A DNA stretch of 64,000 nt. Source: Lama guanicoe (lineage: Eukaryota). Within the stretch, counting starts at the first letter, position 1. Each line of letters starts with the position of its first letter. Of the stretch, positions 50,261-64,000 are shown piece by piece. Made by a program: the position numbers and the translations under genes. Where the stretch lies: positions 1,364,001-1,428,000 of the forward strand of contig MU053758.1 in assembly GCA_013239625.1 (NCBI GenBank), in the 5' to 3' direction. The notes beneath the pieces were generated by a model. The model did no database searches. It was not told where the DNA came from and saw nothing but the letters and a program-made list of their open reading frames with translations.

Positions 50261-52971
50261 TACTTTCTTACGTAACAGAAAAGATAATCACAATTATCTA
50301 GTAGTTATCTAGTAGTTATCTATTAAATTCAGGTGCATGACAAAACAATAATCCCATTCTACATTTTACAAATCCAGTCACAAAAAAACTCAGAAAAATG
50401 TTAACTTTGTAACTGATCCTTTTAAAGTACCTACTTATAAAAGGATCTAGAGCGTGGAATTCCAACAAATCAAAGACACAGTATGACTATAAAGTAATTA
50501 GTCAACCATACCAAAACTTTTATATTCTAATATTTCAAACTGTCATTTTGGAATGCTGTAAAGCAATGACACTGACATTGTTCAAAATGTTCTTGACTTT
50601 CCCTCTGATATATCCTTTTGGATGTTCTCAAAGTCAAATCTTTACCTTCCAAAATTGAATTTGCTTTTTGGAAAATCACGAAGAGTTCAAGTCTACAAAA
50701 TGTGATGACAAACTGCAATCTGTTTCTAGACAAAACACTAATTGTGTCTACGAAGTAATTAAACTGATTTTCTCATGTGCCTCAAACTGGTTCTGAAAGT
50801 AACTTCAAGTGAAAATTTCAGACCTTTGCAGCAAAGTCATCTCTAAAGAAAGTGCCACATGCTTAAAGAAATCATGCTGGGAAAACACAACAAAACAACA
50901 CAACTCAATTGAAGCTCAACTGAACAGATGGTCATGATAGTAATCTTTTAAAAAACTATACATTTTGTCTGAAGGGGACAATAAAGACCTTTTTTCTTCT
51001 GAAGAGAATGACAGATCACTGGGACAGTAAATATGAATACAGTAAAAGAAACTGAAAGGATTCTGAATAAATGATACTAAGAAATTTAACTATAAATAAT
51101 ACAAAATATATGTCTATTTTCATTAGGAAATTACTGATTTTTTTAAAAGCAGATATGTTCACATTAATAAAGTTTACAAGGAATATCTATTAGATTATAA
51201 AAAACCCTTTAAAGACAACTGTTTGATGTAATTTTATGTTACAATTCCATAAGTGGAATTGGCCAGTCTGTTTTCACTAAGTCAACTGTTCAGACGTCTT
51301 TTCTGTAACTCATGTTCCATGGCAACTCTACTTTAAACTTTTCTTATTTGGAATAAAAGTGGATTTAAAACTCATAACTAAATAAGAAAGGCTGCTTACA
51401 CTTTCACTTGGTTTTAAATCTCCCCGGTCATCAAACCATAACAAGATATTGACAGTGACTACTTCCAAAAAGTGGCATACTAAACAAAATACAAGTATTG
51501 GGAAGGGCTATTACCTGAAATTCAAACAAAACACAAGTTAAAGTTTTTTTAAATGTCTAATAAGTTTAATTAGTGTCACACTGTAGAATACTAATTACAA
51601 AAGTATTTGCTATTAATATAGTAGAATTTTAGGGCAAGAACAGGAGAAAAAAGGACTTCATGGTAATTTCATTTATCACATTTACACCATATTGAGGAAT
51701 TAATTGCTAGAATGTCTGATTTTATACCTATTTTCACACATGATTGACATTACTTCCTCAAATTAGATACCTTATTTCAATAACCAATGTATGCAATATT
51801 TATATTCTTAGGGTGGTAAACCATTTAAAACCTATAATAAGCTCATTTATAAATTAAACAACTAAAAAATTAGGACTTCCTCCAAAAACCTTATTTGTTT
51901 AAAGCTTAGGAGAGTATAATACTTGTAAAATCTGAAGTAATAAAATTGCTAACAAATTATTAAAAATTTAATGAGTCTATCAAATGCCATGAAATTTAAC
52001 ACAGTTGTTTACATAAAAAGAGAATAAGTCTTTGCCTTTTTGTCACCATTTCTTATGATCCTGTTTTCCACTCTTCAAAATGTTAACATCTTCTAGTGTT
52101 TCTCCAAATAAACATCACTCTCCAGGACCTTAATCACTGATTTTCAGGTTGTTAGGCCTTACAATGATTATAGTAACTTAACCACTATTCTAGAATGGTG
52201 TCAATTTCAGAAAAGAAGATGTTTTACTTAACAATATAATAACTGGCATGACTTTTAAGTTTGATGAGGCTAAACACAAAGGCTACGAATGTCCTTTTAA
52301 TATATATTCAGTATCTACTTCATTACCAGAAGAGAGACTACTTAGTAAAATTTGAAAAAATAAGGACTTCATTCTTAAAGAAAAGAATGACCGACTGGGT
52401 AAGTCTGACCCAGACAATCTTGGGAAAATATGAAAGCTAATGATTTTCAAACATATTTATAGATATTCAATAATTTAACACAGTTATATTTGCAAATAAG
52501 ATAATTTTTTAAATTCTAATATTCATATCAGTTACTTAAATACATCATTATATTAGCTAAAAATCTCCAAAACTCTGTCAAATGATAGTATACTAATGGT
52601 CATAACTTTCACTGACTTGTTTCTGCTTTTATAAGAAATGACTTAACAATTTACCATGTCTGCTGTAAACAGTCCTTATCAAGAATGATGCAGCTCTTAT
52701 ATACTGAAAATAAATGACCTCTTATATATATAATGGGAAAAGAAGAAGGGTACAGAGTATTATGTATAACATACTAACTTCTGTGTTCTTAAATGGTATA
52801 TACATAAATGCTTACAAAAGCATGGAATAGTTTTTAAAGGATACATGGGAAACTGATGGCTGTTGAAAGAGGAAGACAGGGATAGAATGACAAATTTTCA
52901 GTATATATCATTTGAATTTTAAACCACGTCCTAGTATTATATACTTTAAATATTAAATTAAAAAATAAAAA

Positions 52972-53205
52972 GAGCATAATGTGGTGGTTAGCAGTGCAAA
53001 CTTTTGAGTTAAACTGCTTGGGTTCAAATCCAGGCTCTGCTACTTACTAGCTGTTGACCTTGGGCAATTTATTTAAGTTAAATAAACCATCTTGGTGCAT
53101 TCGTTTCCTTATCTTGAAAGTGGAGATAATAGAATCTATTTCGGAAAGGATTAATACATTAGTATTTGTAATGCACATAAAACAATACCTGGCACAGATT
53201 GAGCA
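52972..53205 (+). mobile_element. MIR SINE
   Basis: gggttcaaatccaggctctgctacttactagctgttgaccttgggcaa. Confidence 0.8.
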
Positions 53206-56200
53206 GTCAACAGATACATGTATTCATATACATGTATACATCACACACATACACACACTTTCTAGGAATTTGTGTCTAATTTTACCTGGTGAATTCTAGC
53301 TAACACATTCTGGCTTCTTTGATAAATACAGTATTTCAGATTTTTTGATTTAATAAATTATACCAAATTTCCTGATGCTAAACAACTGAATCTACGTTAC
53401 CTTTTTTTCCCTACACATTCTAGGTTTATGTATCCTCTTGGACTATTTTAAACCACCTGTAAATGTTTTTGCTCCTCTCTTCTTCATTTTTTATTTCATT
53501 TATTTCTGCTCTTAAATATTTACTTCTCTCTTCTGCTTCCTTCAAGTTACCTATTCTCTTTGTCTAACTTTGATCTTGATGTATCTCAGCTAATTAATTT
53601 TCAGTCTTTCTTCTTAACTAAATATCCTCTCTGAAAGTAATGTTTTACCTGCATCTCATATGCTTTGATATGGAGTAGTTTCATTATTCAATTCTAAATA
53701 TTTTCTAATTTCCAAAACAAGTCTTCTCTGACTAATTAATTCTCAGAGGTACAATTTTTCCAAATATATGAGAAGGAATTTTTTTGTTTCTCTTTCACTA
53801 CTGACTCTAATCTTTTCACAGTATGAACACAGAATATAGTCTAATGATACAGATTTTAAGTTTTTAAAGAATTTTATGTTGTTTCTATCAAAGTAATAGT
53901 TCATAGTTTAAAACCTCACATAGTTCTATAGGCTTACATACAGAAACTACAGGCACCTACCCAATGCTACCTTACTCCCTATACTGGCCCCAGCCACAAC
54001 TCTGTGATTTCTAATAACCTTGCTTATTTAGCTATTTTTTCATTTTTCAAATTTACACATTATTTTCTTTTTACTAAGAAAAGTGAAGTTTTAGCTAAAC
54101 CACATCTCCACTCCTACATCTTTTACAAAGAATTAAATTTTCTATAACCAAGCATAGAATTCTATGCTTGAAAATCAGATTTACTCATGATTTTGAAGGA
54201 ATGGCTTCATACACGTCTAGTTTCTATTGCTCCTGATGATAAATCTACTGTGATTCTGATCCCTGAATTTTGAAGGTAATCTGCCAGCCTCCCCTCCTTC
54301 TTCCCCACTCCCTCATCTAGGGTAGAAATCCTGACAGCCTCACTTTGTCCCTGAAAGTTTTAAAATTTGCTTTGGTGTGGGGCTTTTTACATTTATTGAG
54401 TTAGTCCCTCTCAATGTTATATTTTTTCAAACTTAAGGCTCCTGCCCCATGAGTTCAAAGGTATTTTCATGTTTTGTATCTTTAATAATTTCCTCTTCCC
54501 ATTTTCTCTGTCCTCTCTTTTACCAGATGGATGTTGAGTCTACTAGATTGGCCTCAAATCTTCCTGTATGGAAAATGCCTCTATTTCATCTTCCAAACTT
54601 CTTTTGGTTTTTTATTTCTAATGTATTATAATTTCCAAAAGTTTTCTTACTCTAGTTCTTTCTGTTTGATGGTAGTCTATCCTGTCTTTGTTTAATGGGT
54701 GTAATATTAACAACATCTCTAAGAATATTATCTGTTTGGGTTTTTTTTTTTTTGAGGCTTTCTTTTCATTTTTTCATTTCTTTTTCATTTTCTTTTTTTT
54801 CTTCCAAGTTCTTATATTTCTATTATACTTATTGTTTTGCTTTTTGCTTTATCTTTCATATTAGAAGTTTTTTCAAATGTCTGGTAATTACTGCCCCAGT
54901 GACTTTGGGCTTGGCCATGCTATTTGCTTCCACCAATGAAATGTGCGTGGACATCACCATCCATGCATAAGTTTTAAATGTGTCTCTGTGGTTTGACTCT
55001 GTCCCTATTCTTGAGCTTTTCTGCCCTCTGCCAATGTGAAAGAACAACATACTGCAGGTAGTAGCTGTTCACTACAGATCCTAAAATGAGAAGACTTGTG
55101 AGCATAGTGGAGCTCAGTGAAGTTGATGAAATGGCTGCAGATGATCAGCAGTCCTCAGAGTCACGTGTAAGCAAGAAATATTTGTTGTAAGCTACTGACA
55201 CTTGTGATCCATTTGTGGGTTAAAATGTACACATACACTTATTATACATAGAATATTTCTGGAAGGATTCACTAGACAATGGAAATAGAAGGGGTCAGAG
55301 AGAGGGAATCTCAATTTTCATGTTACATTCTTCGGTATCTTTTAATACATGTTCATGGTAATCATTTACTTTTATAATAATTTCACACAAAACATCCCAG
55401 TTAGAAAAAGACAAAGTGAAAGATCTTTAGGAATACCAAAATGAAAGACAAAACTTCTCTAATTTAAAATTTTTCTAAAAATACTTTTATATTAAGGGAA
55501 TATACTCTCAATATAAAAATTATGGAAACCACAAAAAAGTATAAATGAGAATAAAAATCATCAATGATGTTAAAAACCAGACATATAATTTCATTTGTAC
55601 CATTTTAGAGATATGATTCATCACCCTGTATATGTAATTTTGTATTCTGCTTTTCAGTTTTACATTATAATAAGCACCTTACAATGTTAAGAATTCACAA
55701 CCTCACTTTTAATTGCTATATATATTCCACCATACAGATATGTCATAATTAGCTTAATTATTCCCTTAGTGTTGGACAAATGTATTAATTCTAATTTTTT
55801 ACTACCTTAAGTAATATCTCAATAAACATGTGTAGACATAAAGCATTTCCTGTATTTATGATTTTTCTTTAGAATACATTCCTATTACCAGAATTGCGGG
55901 GTCAAAAGACATGAACATGTTTAGGCTTTTAATACATACTGCCAGACTGCTTTCCAAATAAATTACATGGATTTCCACTCCTACCAGTAATATCAAGACA
56001 GTCACATCACTGAGAATCTTTTTTTAACTTCAGCTCACATGACAGGCAAAAACTGGTATATCAGTAGCTGTTGTTTCAATATTTCTCATTACTAGGAGGC
56101 CAAATATCTTTTCACATGTTTATTAGTTATTTGTATTTTCATTCACACAAATTATCTGTACCTTTTCACGTGCTCATTAATAAAAGTCTTAGTGCTTTAC

Positions 56201-56616
56201 CAATTGATTTGCATATAATTTTTTCTATTTTATTAAGCTTTATTGTCCTTTTATACAGCACACTACATAATAACATATCAACAGCTCTTTCCTTCCATGC
56301 CCTAACTAGCATAATATCCATCTCATCGCTGGTTGTACCTCAAAATCATCCAGATTCAATCAATAGAAGATGGACCTAGACAGATGTATTTTTTAAAAAA
56401 GGAAACTGAAAAGGTGAAAACAATGCATTATATTCTAGGATAGGATGATCATTTTTTATTTTCTTCTGGTGGCCCAAAAGTTGCAATGAACCTGACTGTT
56501 TCTTAAATTCTATCTTCACACTTAAAGGCGGGGGGTGGGGGGGTCATACAATAAAGAATTTTTGAAATAAGATGTCACTATTCATTATGGGATTTTATAA
56601 AAGCCACATCTCTTAC

Positions 56617-56694
56617 CTGGTTGGAGAGTACTAGGAAAAGACAAGGTGACTTTTTCATCTTCATTCTGATAGTTGAATCCTGTAGCATGTATTT
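56617..56694 (-). CDS. NPEPPS: NPEPPS exon 3 (78 nt)
   Basis: ttccag|AAATAC...CCAACCAG|gtaaga; encodes (E)IHATGFNYQNEDEKVTLSFPSTLQP(G). Confidence 0.95.
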
Positions 56695-57384
56695 CTGGAA
56701 TGGAAAAAAAAAAGTTACTTCACAAACCTGACTGGACTGATAAGACCAAATCCAGAATGCAACAATTAACATTTTCAAGAGCAAAACGTCTACTAAAACT
56801 AAATATTCTTATTTTAATAAGTTAAGTTCCTATTAACAAGCATATCATTTCAAACTAGTCTACTTTAGGCTATGTAACCTAAATTAAATATGCTCCTTAA
56901 AAACAATTACACATCCTATATTAATTTACAAAACTTTTATGACATAAAGCTACTATAAATGAGAAAAGGTTTTCTACCAGATTCCTAGAAACACTTCATT
57001 CTCATCTTTGTGTGACTATGATACTGCTTTATATGTTGCAGTCTTACTTAGGAACACTGAAAGATTGAGCAGATTGCCAAGATTCGTATTAAAAGATAGT
57101 TCAATGAAAGTTCTGTCCCCTACCCAAACATAGGTAACAATTCCACCAAGGTATACTTACTTCCAGGGAAATTCTTTGTTGTTACATTTTACAGAAATAA
57201 AAAAGGTATTAGAGGTGTGTGGATTAAATGAAGGCTTTGATTTACTCCTTACCAGGAGTGAGAAGAGAATGATTATTTAATTGATACTTCAGAATGCTTA
57301 GTTGACACTTCAGGAAAAGAGCAAAACAGATCAACTCCCAACCACATCACATTACCATTCCGAAAGAAGAACAGCTCAAAGAGG

Positions 57385-58168
57385 TAGCCTCAATAAACAT
57401 ATGAAAAGATGTTCAAGATCTTTAACCATCAGGCAAGTCAAAACCACAGTGAGATACCACTTCATACCCACTAGGATGAGTATAACCAAATAGATAGATA
57501 ATAGTAAGTTTAAGGGAGGATGCAGAGAATTTGGAACCTTCATACATTGCTGGTAGGAATGTAAAAATGTTTCCAAATGCTTTGGAAAACGGCCTAGCAT
57601 TCTTTAAAAGATTAAATACAGAGTTACCATATAACCCAGAAATCTCACCGGCAGGTATATATCCAAGAGAAATTAAAACATACATCCATATAAAAATTTA
57701 TACACAAATGTTGTTAGTAGCATTATTCACAACAGCCAAAAGGTAAAAACAACCCAAGTATCCATCAATTGATAAACAGATGAAATGTGGTATACAATGG
57801 AATATTATTCAACAACAAAAACAAATGAAGTGCTGACATATGCTACAATATGGATAAGCCTTGAAAGCATCATGCTAAGTGAAAGAAATCAGACACAAAG
57901 GCCACATATTTATATGAAACATCCAGAATAGGAAAATCTATAGAAACAGAAAGTAGATTAGTGGTTGCCTAGGGCTGGAAGGTTATGCAGAAATGGGAAG
58001 TGATTGCTCATGGGTACTTTCTTTTTGGGATGATGAAAATGTTGTAAAATTGATTCTGACAATGGCTGCACAACTCTGTGAATATACTAAAAAACACTAA
58101 ATTGTACACGTTAAGTGAATGAATCATGTGATATGTGAATATAATGTCTCAATAAAGCTGTTACTAAA
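57385..58168 (+). mobile_element. L1 3' fragment (L1MB-like)
   Basis: aaaaccacagtgagataccacttcatacccactaggatg...tctcaataaagctgttact. Confidence 0.88.
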
Positions 58169-59299
58169 AGAGAGGTAGCCTTATTAGTCACAGGGTTAAG
58201 TTTGATATGAGTTAACAGTGATTCAGATTTAATAACATTCTGTGAGCCAGGCAAGATGCCCACAAATCACTCTTTTTTAAAAAAATGAATCACACAAAGA
58301 TTAAATTTCCAATGTTTCTAATACAAACATGTCTGTATAAAGCCAAAATCTTTACAAAACCAAAAAGAAACCATGATTTCAGATTTAAAAAAACTTTAAT
58401 CAATTATTTCTCATTTTACAGATGAAGAAATGAGGCATATAAAACTAATGATTTGCCTAAGGTCACACAAGTGGACTAGAACTCAGTTCCCTTCCTACTC
58501 CAATTGCCAAAATTCTTTGTACTATATCATAGGTTAACTCCTAAATTTGAACAGAAACTCAAGACTTGGTATACATATATTACTGATGAAATATCTACTG
58601 AAACAATGACTTTTGCTGGCAGAAATCTGAGATATGCTCTAACTTGATCCCCTAAGAATAGAATTTTAGCCTATAGGGAAGCAAGAAACACTTCAAGGGT
58701 TAAGAATGAAACAATCAGGAATTGTACCGCTAGATTATATTCTATAGCAAGTGCTTCTGAATGTACATATTAACTATATTACATGTGTACAAAAGAGAGC
58801 AAAATTTCCTCCAAAATTCTATCTTAGTAAACAGAGAGTAATCATATATTTGAATTCTTAAGAAGTCTCTTGTATTATGGCATACTCTTCCAATTACTTC
58901 ATATTAGACAACATACTACTTGGCAAATGTACATTAGAGTTTGAAATAACCTTGGTCAATTGTAGTTTTGGATATTCTGTAAATGGCACCATCATTTATC
59001 TAGTGGCTCAAGCCAAAAATATGAATCATCCTAACTCCCTCCTCTCTTGTCTGTCTCTTATACCACAATCCAAAAAGCAAATTCAACAGCCTACACCTTT
59101 AATTCCAGACTTTTCAACGTCTCCACCACTAGAGTCTAGGCCAATGTACCATTATTTCTCTCCAAGACCACGACAATAGCCTCTTAACTGGTCTGTTTCC
59201 ACTTTAACTGCCTTATTATCTGTTCTTCACACAGCAGCTAATCAGTGAAATCAAAGCCTCTAATGAAGTCCTAAAATATTCAGAATGAAAAACTAAATC

Positions 59300-60790
59300 T
59301 GCTTGAGATACGCAATTGTTTCTCGCAGAGGACAAAAGAAAAAATCTGATAAATCAGATTTCATTAATATTTAAAACTTGAGATTATCAAAAGACACTAT
59401 TAAGAAAATGACTAGACAAACCACAGCTCAGAAAAAAAGTTTATATTTATGACAATATCTAGACTATACATAAAAACTACAACTCAATGATAAAAAGACA
59501 ATTCAAAACATGGGCAAGAATCTGACACTGGACTTAGCAATCAATATAATTCTAGATATGTTTCCTTAGGCAAGGGAAACAAAAGCAAAAATAAACAAAT
59601 GGGATTACACCAAACTAAAAAGGTTCAGCACAGCAAAGGAAACCATCAATAAAACAAAAAGACAACCTACCAAGTGGGAGAAGATATTTTCAAATGATAT
59701 ATCTGACAAGGGGTTAACATCCAAAATATACAAAGAACACATATAACTCAACAATAACACACATAACTCAACAACAAAAAACCAAAACTACCTGATTTTA
59801 AAATGGACAGAGGAACTAAACAGACATTTTTCCAAAGAAGACATACATATGGCCAACAGGCACATGAAAACATATTCAACATCACTATTAGGGAAATGCA
59901 AATCAAAACCACAATGAGATATCCCCTCAGGCCTATTAAACTGACTATTATAAAAAGATAAGAAATAGGGGGGAGGCTATAGCTCAATGGCAGAGTACAT
60001 GCTAAGCATGCACAAGGTCCTGGGTTCAATACCCGGTACTTCCATTTAAAAACAAACAAACAAAACTATTTTGCCCGCCCCCACAAAAAACAATAATAAA
60101 ATTTTTTTTTAAAGGTGAAAAGTAACAAATGTTGGCAAGGATTTGGAGAAAAGGGAATCTTTATCCACTGCTGGTGGGAACATAAATTGGTGCAGCCCCT
60201 GTATGGAGTATTCCTCAAAAAATGAACAGAACTACCATATAATCCAGCTATTCTACTTCTGAGTATTTATCCAAAGAATACAAAAACACTAACTCAAAAA
60301 GATATATTCATCCCTATGTTCATTACAGCATCATTTACAATAGCCAATATACGGAAACAACCTAAGCGCCCATCAACAGATAAATGAATAAAGATGTGGT
60401 ATACATAACAATGGAATATTACTCAGCCATAAAAAGACGAAAGCTTGTCATTTGCAACAAAAGAGTGGATCGTGAGGTTATTAGATTAAACTAAGTAAAA
60501 TAAATAAGATAGAAAATGACAAATACCATATGCTATCACTCGTATGTGGAATATAAAAAACTAGTAAATAAACAAACAAGGCCAAAATAAAGGAACAAAC
60601 TAAATAAACCAAACATGCAGATACAGAGAACAGAGTATTGGCTACCAGAGCTGGGGTGTAGGGGTGGGTGGTGTCTGGGAAAGGGCAAAATGAGTAAAGG
60701 AAATGAAATTTTTGGTGGTGAGCACACAGGGTATACAGAAGAAGAAATATAATGGTGTACACATGAAGCATATAACAAAATGTTGTCAAG
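59300..60790 (+). mobile_element. L1 ORF2 end/3' UTR fragment (L1MA-like) with nested SINE
   Basis: agacatttttccaaagaagacatacatatggccaacaggcacatgaaaa; caatggaatattactcagccataaaaa. Confidence 0.88.
59967..60110 (+). mobile_element. tRNA-Ala-derived SINE
   Basis: ctatagctcaatggcagagtacatgctaagcatgcacaaggtcctgggttcaat. Confidence 0.87.
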
Positions 60791-62285
60791 GATGTGGAGC
60801 AATAACTAGAACTCATATTTTGCTGCTGGTGCCTCTTTGTTGTTCCTCAAAGACCACAGGCATTCTCCAAACTCAGGGTTTCTGCAACTTCCTAGAAAGT
60901 TCTTTCCCCAGTTATCTACACATTTTATGTCATTCAGGTCTCTGCTCAAATCACTTCTTTAGAGATCTGTTCCATCACCTTAAAGAACAGTCTTCATTTG
61001 ACATCCTCTTATTGCGATTTCTGAGTACTTATCACTACTTTACATCACATATTTGTTATTATCCCTTTACAAATTGAATATATATGAATCTGGAATGTTG
61101 ATTCTTGGTTTTGTCCACCACTCTACTTCCAACGCCAGAACAGTTTCTGGCACATAGTATGTCCAGTAAATATCAGCATAATAGATCACTTCAAAAAGCA
61201 AGAGACTAAGCAATTACATCATAGAGATCAACAATACTATCCAAATGATATATTAATATAAAACCAACTTTATTAATGTTATATGAATGGGGATTTATGG
61301 CTAGGGAGAAAACTTCCAGTTACAACATAATTTAGTGATTCAAGAAGGGATCTGTGTCAAATACCTTAGAAGATAATATTTGCTCTAGAACAATTAGATT
61401 GTTCAAAGAGTAGAAAGCCACATATTAAAAGTCTGAATATTATGCTTCCTTGAAGTATAGAAGAAAAGACAGTATTTCTAAATTAACATTTATATTAATT
61501 TAATACTGATATCAATAAGTTTATATTAACATTTATAATTTAAAATGTATACATGTAAATTGAGCATTATAAGTAGACACTTTGCTATGTCATTTATAAA
61601 TGATAAAATTAAACCTAACCAAACTTAAACCTTGACTAAAAAACTTTCTAAAAAAAATCTTTAAAATGGGAGAATAGGAATCTTGTAATTGGGCATACGT
61701 GGTTATTCAACTCTCTAAGCCTTCGTTTTCATACCTATAAAATTAAAATCATTGCCTGCTCCTTAGTTATTTGAAGTTTATAAATATACTTTATGTAAAG
61801 TGCTTAGCATAGTGCCTGGTTATGTTATTAAAAAATAAAACACTTTTTTCTAGATCATAATATATCTAACAAAGCTCTGTATTAATTCAACTATAATTAA
61901 TTCATTATACCTATATAAATAAGGAACATAAAAATAATTTGCTGAAATTACTTATCACAGAGAGCTACATTTCAGAAAGAAAATTAAATAAAAAATTAAT
62001 TAAAAATTAAATATAATTGGCATTTTCAAATCTGTAGACATATACATATCTGGATATAAGTATGCATGCACTAAAGTGTGTATGTTAGTAATCTACTAAA
62101 TAGAAGCAGAACTTGAATACAACCATAACATATGTAAAGCCATAACAAGAAAAATCTTACAATCAAAACTACTACAATATTCACTTTGACTATTAAACTT
62201 TACTAATGACACTAGATACCTACAGAGTTTATTACAAGACAGACCTACAAATTGGATTTTAAATGTCTTGTTTTAAAAAGCAATT

Positions 62286-62462
62286 GAGATAAACAAGTTT
62301 CTACTGTATAGCACAGGGAACTATATTCAATATCTTGTAGTAACCTATAATGAAAAGGAATATATGTACATATATGTATGACTGAAACATTATGCTGTAC
62401 ACCAGAAATTGACACAACATTGTAAACTGACTATATTTCAACAAAGAAATAAATTAAAAAAT
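62286..62462 (+). mobile_element. Younger L1 3' end with TSD
   Basis: Same family as 11129-11504 (tacaccagaaattgacacaacatt); TSD aaagcaatt. Confidence 0.85.
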
Positions 62463-62540
62463 AAAGCAATTAAGATATAATTTTGACTTACAATTTTAAA
62501 AAATTCAGAACTGTGTACACAGTATGCTATCATTTATGAC

Positions 62541-62670
62541 CACACACAATACATATGTATATATAGATATATACACAAACACACATATATATATTCATAT
62601 ATCTATAGATATATGTAGCTATATAGACACACACACATATGAACATAGGTATGGCATCATGTGTATATAT
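62541..62670. repeat. Degenerate (TA/CA)n microsatellite
   Basis: Alternating purine-pyrimidine runs. Confidence 0.6.
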
Positions 62671-63739
62671 TGACTATGAAAGCTTTACATATTTACAAAA
62701 TCTTTTAAAAAATATTCCTTTGGACCCTGGTCAAATTTTTATGACAAGCCCATTTATCAAACAAATCTAATGACTAAGTGCTCTCATTCTGGGTTTTCCA
62801 AGTATGACTTATTGATATGGAGGCATTCTTGCCTAGGTCTTTAGGATTCCGACCAACCATAATTCAAAAACCAGACTCATCCTTAGAGAACACAAAAGGT
62901 GAAGTGGCTCATCTTGTTTGCACAATCAGCCAATGCAAAATGCTCTTAACTATTAAAAAAAAAAAAAAGCAAACAGTCTTAATCATTGTACCACTTAGTC
63001 TCTGCCAAAATTTGTGAACCTCTCTCATGTAAGTTCTTCTAGAATATATAGAGTTTGTTTTCTGTTCAGCATCTGTGTAGGCATGCTATTTGGTCCAGCA
63101 TTTTTCCTCTAAATTACCCTGCTCACTTCCACAAATACTAGGATCTTCAGGAAACAAATGCATCAGTTTCCCTGGCCCCTTCATGAATCTAGTTCACTCA
63201 CCTCATTGTAATTTTCCCCCTCTCTGCTGGCCTTTCCCACTCTGTCACTTAATATGTTATTAACTCAGGTTCTCCCTTCTGCCTTAACGGGCCTCAAGGG
63301 GGATACAATGCCTTCTATTTAGTAAGCACATACCTCTGTGAGGGAACCTATTGTTGTTTAAACCGATTTGTATTATCAACGAATAACACAATGAGTAATT
63401 ATAAGGTAATTTCTGCTTTCCTTATTTAAAAATATCTAGGTCAAAGTTTCTAAATGAAAATTTGCTAAATACATCCACATGTGCTTAAATCCTATATTTC
63501 AATTTAACCTTTTATTCAATCTGTACTATGCTACGTAAAGCAATAAACATAAAAACTAAAAAACAAATAATAGCTTCCTTCCTGTGACCCAAAGGCTTCC
63601 TGTAAGGTCTCACTGATTCTCTGATCTCCTGGACTTAACAACATAAGCAAAATTACCTTACCTAGATACTGAAGTGTCTCACATTTTTTCAAATTTAAAT
63701 AATACCAGTTGTTATAAAAATAGAATATATTTTAAAATA

Positions 63740-64000
63740 CTACTAAACTTATAGACTGTTGACCAAAAACTTAATCAATAGAGACTAAAAGTATCATTTC
63801 TACCTGTGAACTACCAAATGAAAAACTACAGAGCAGTGGGGAAAGGATAATGTTCTAGTAAGTGGTACTGGGACAAAAGAATTTCCACTGAGGAATAAAA
63901 AAAACCAAGCTGAACCTGGATTCATACCACACCTAAGAAGTAGATTATGGAAGTCAAAACAATAAAGCTTTTAGAAGATAATACAGGAAGATATCTTCAT
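63740..64000 (+). mobile_element. Old L1 ORF2 fragment running off the window edge
   Basis: cagtggggaaaggata...tggtactgggacaa...ttttagaagataatacaggaagatatcttcat. Confidence 0.6.

Larger units (their letters stand above)
17357..56694 (-). other. NPEPPS: NPEPPS gene span in window (exons 3-23 plus 3' UTR; 5' end outside the window)
   Basis: 21 GT-AG bounded exons splice into one open frame (2420 nt including stop). The frame matches the recalled puromycin-sensitive aminopeptidase sequence from EIHATGF to KASPPTA. Confidence 0.98.

Overview
Mammalian genomic DNA, probably camelid: there are 12 copies of a tRNA-Ala(AGC)-derived SINE resembling Vic-1. The minus strand carries most of NPEPPS (puromycin-sensitive M1 aminopeptidase), namely 21 coding exons equivalent to human exons 3-23, from 56694 down to the TGA at 18708-18710. 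All introns are GT-AG, and the 2420 coding nt splice into one open frame containing the GAMEN and HELAH-X18-E motifs. Exons 1-2 and the promoter lie beyond base 64000. A ~1.35 kb 3' UTR ends near 17357 (AATAAA at 17376-17381). Bases 1-17.3 kb are repeat-dense intergenic DNA with no supportable gene. I found no clearly new biological system. The most interesting items are an ERV transcript 3' end apparently retrotransposed by L1 and nested MIR>ERV>L1, a tailless 5S rRNA retrocopy with a target-site duplication (TSD), and an unusually intact antisense MIR3 in intron 19 that could be an exonised cassette. Repeat family names and human comparisons are from recall, not database searches.
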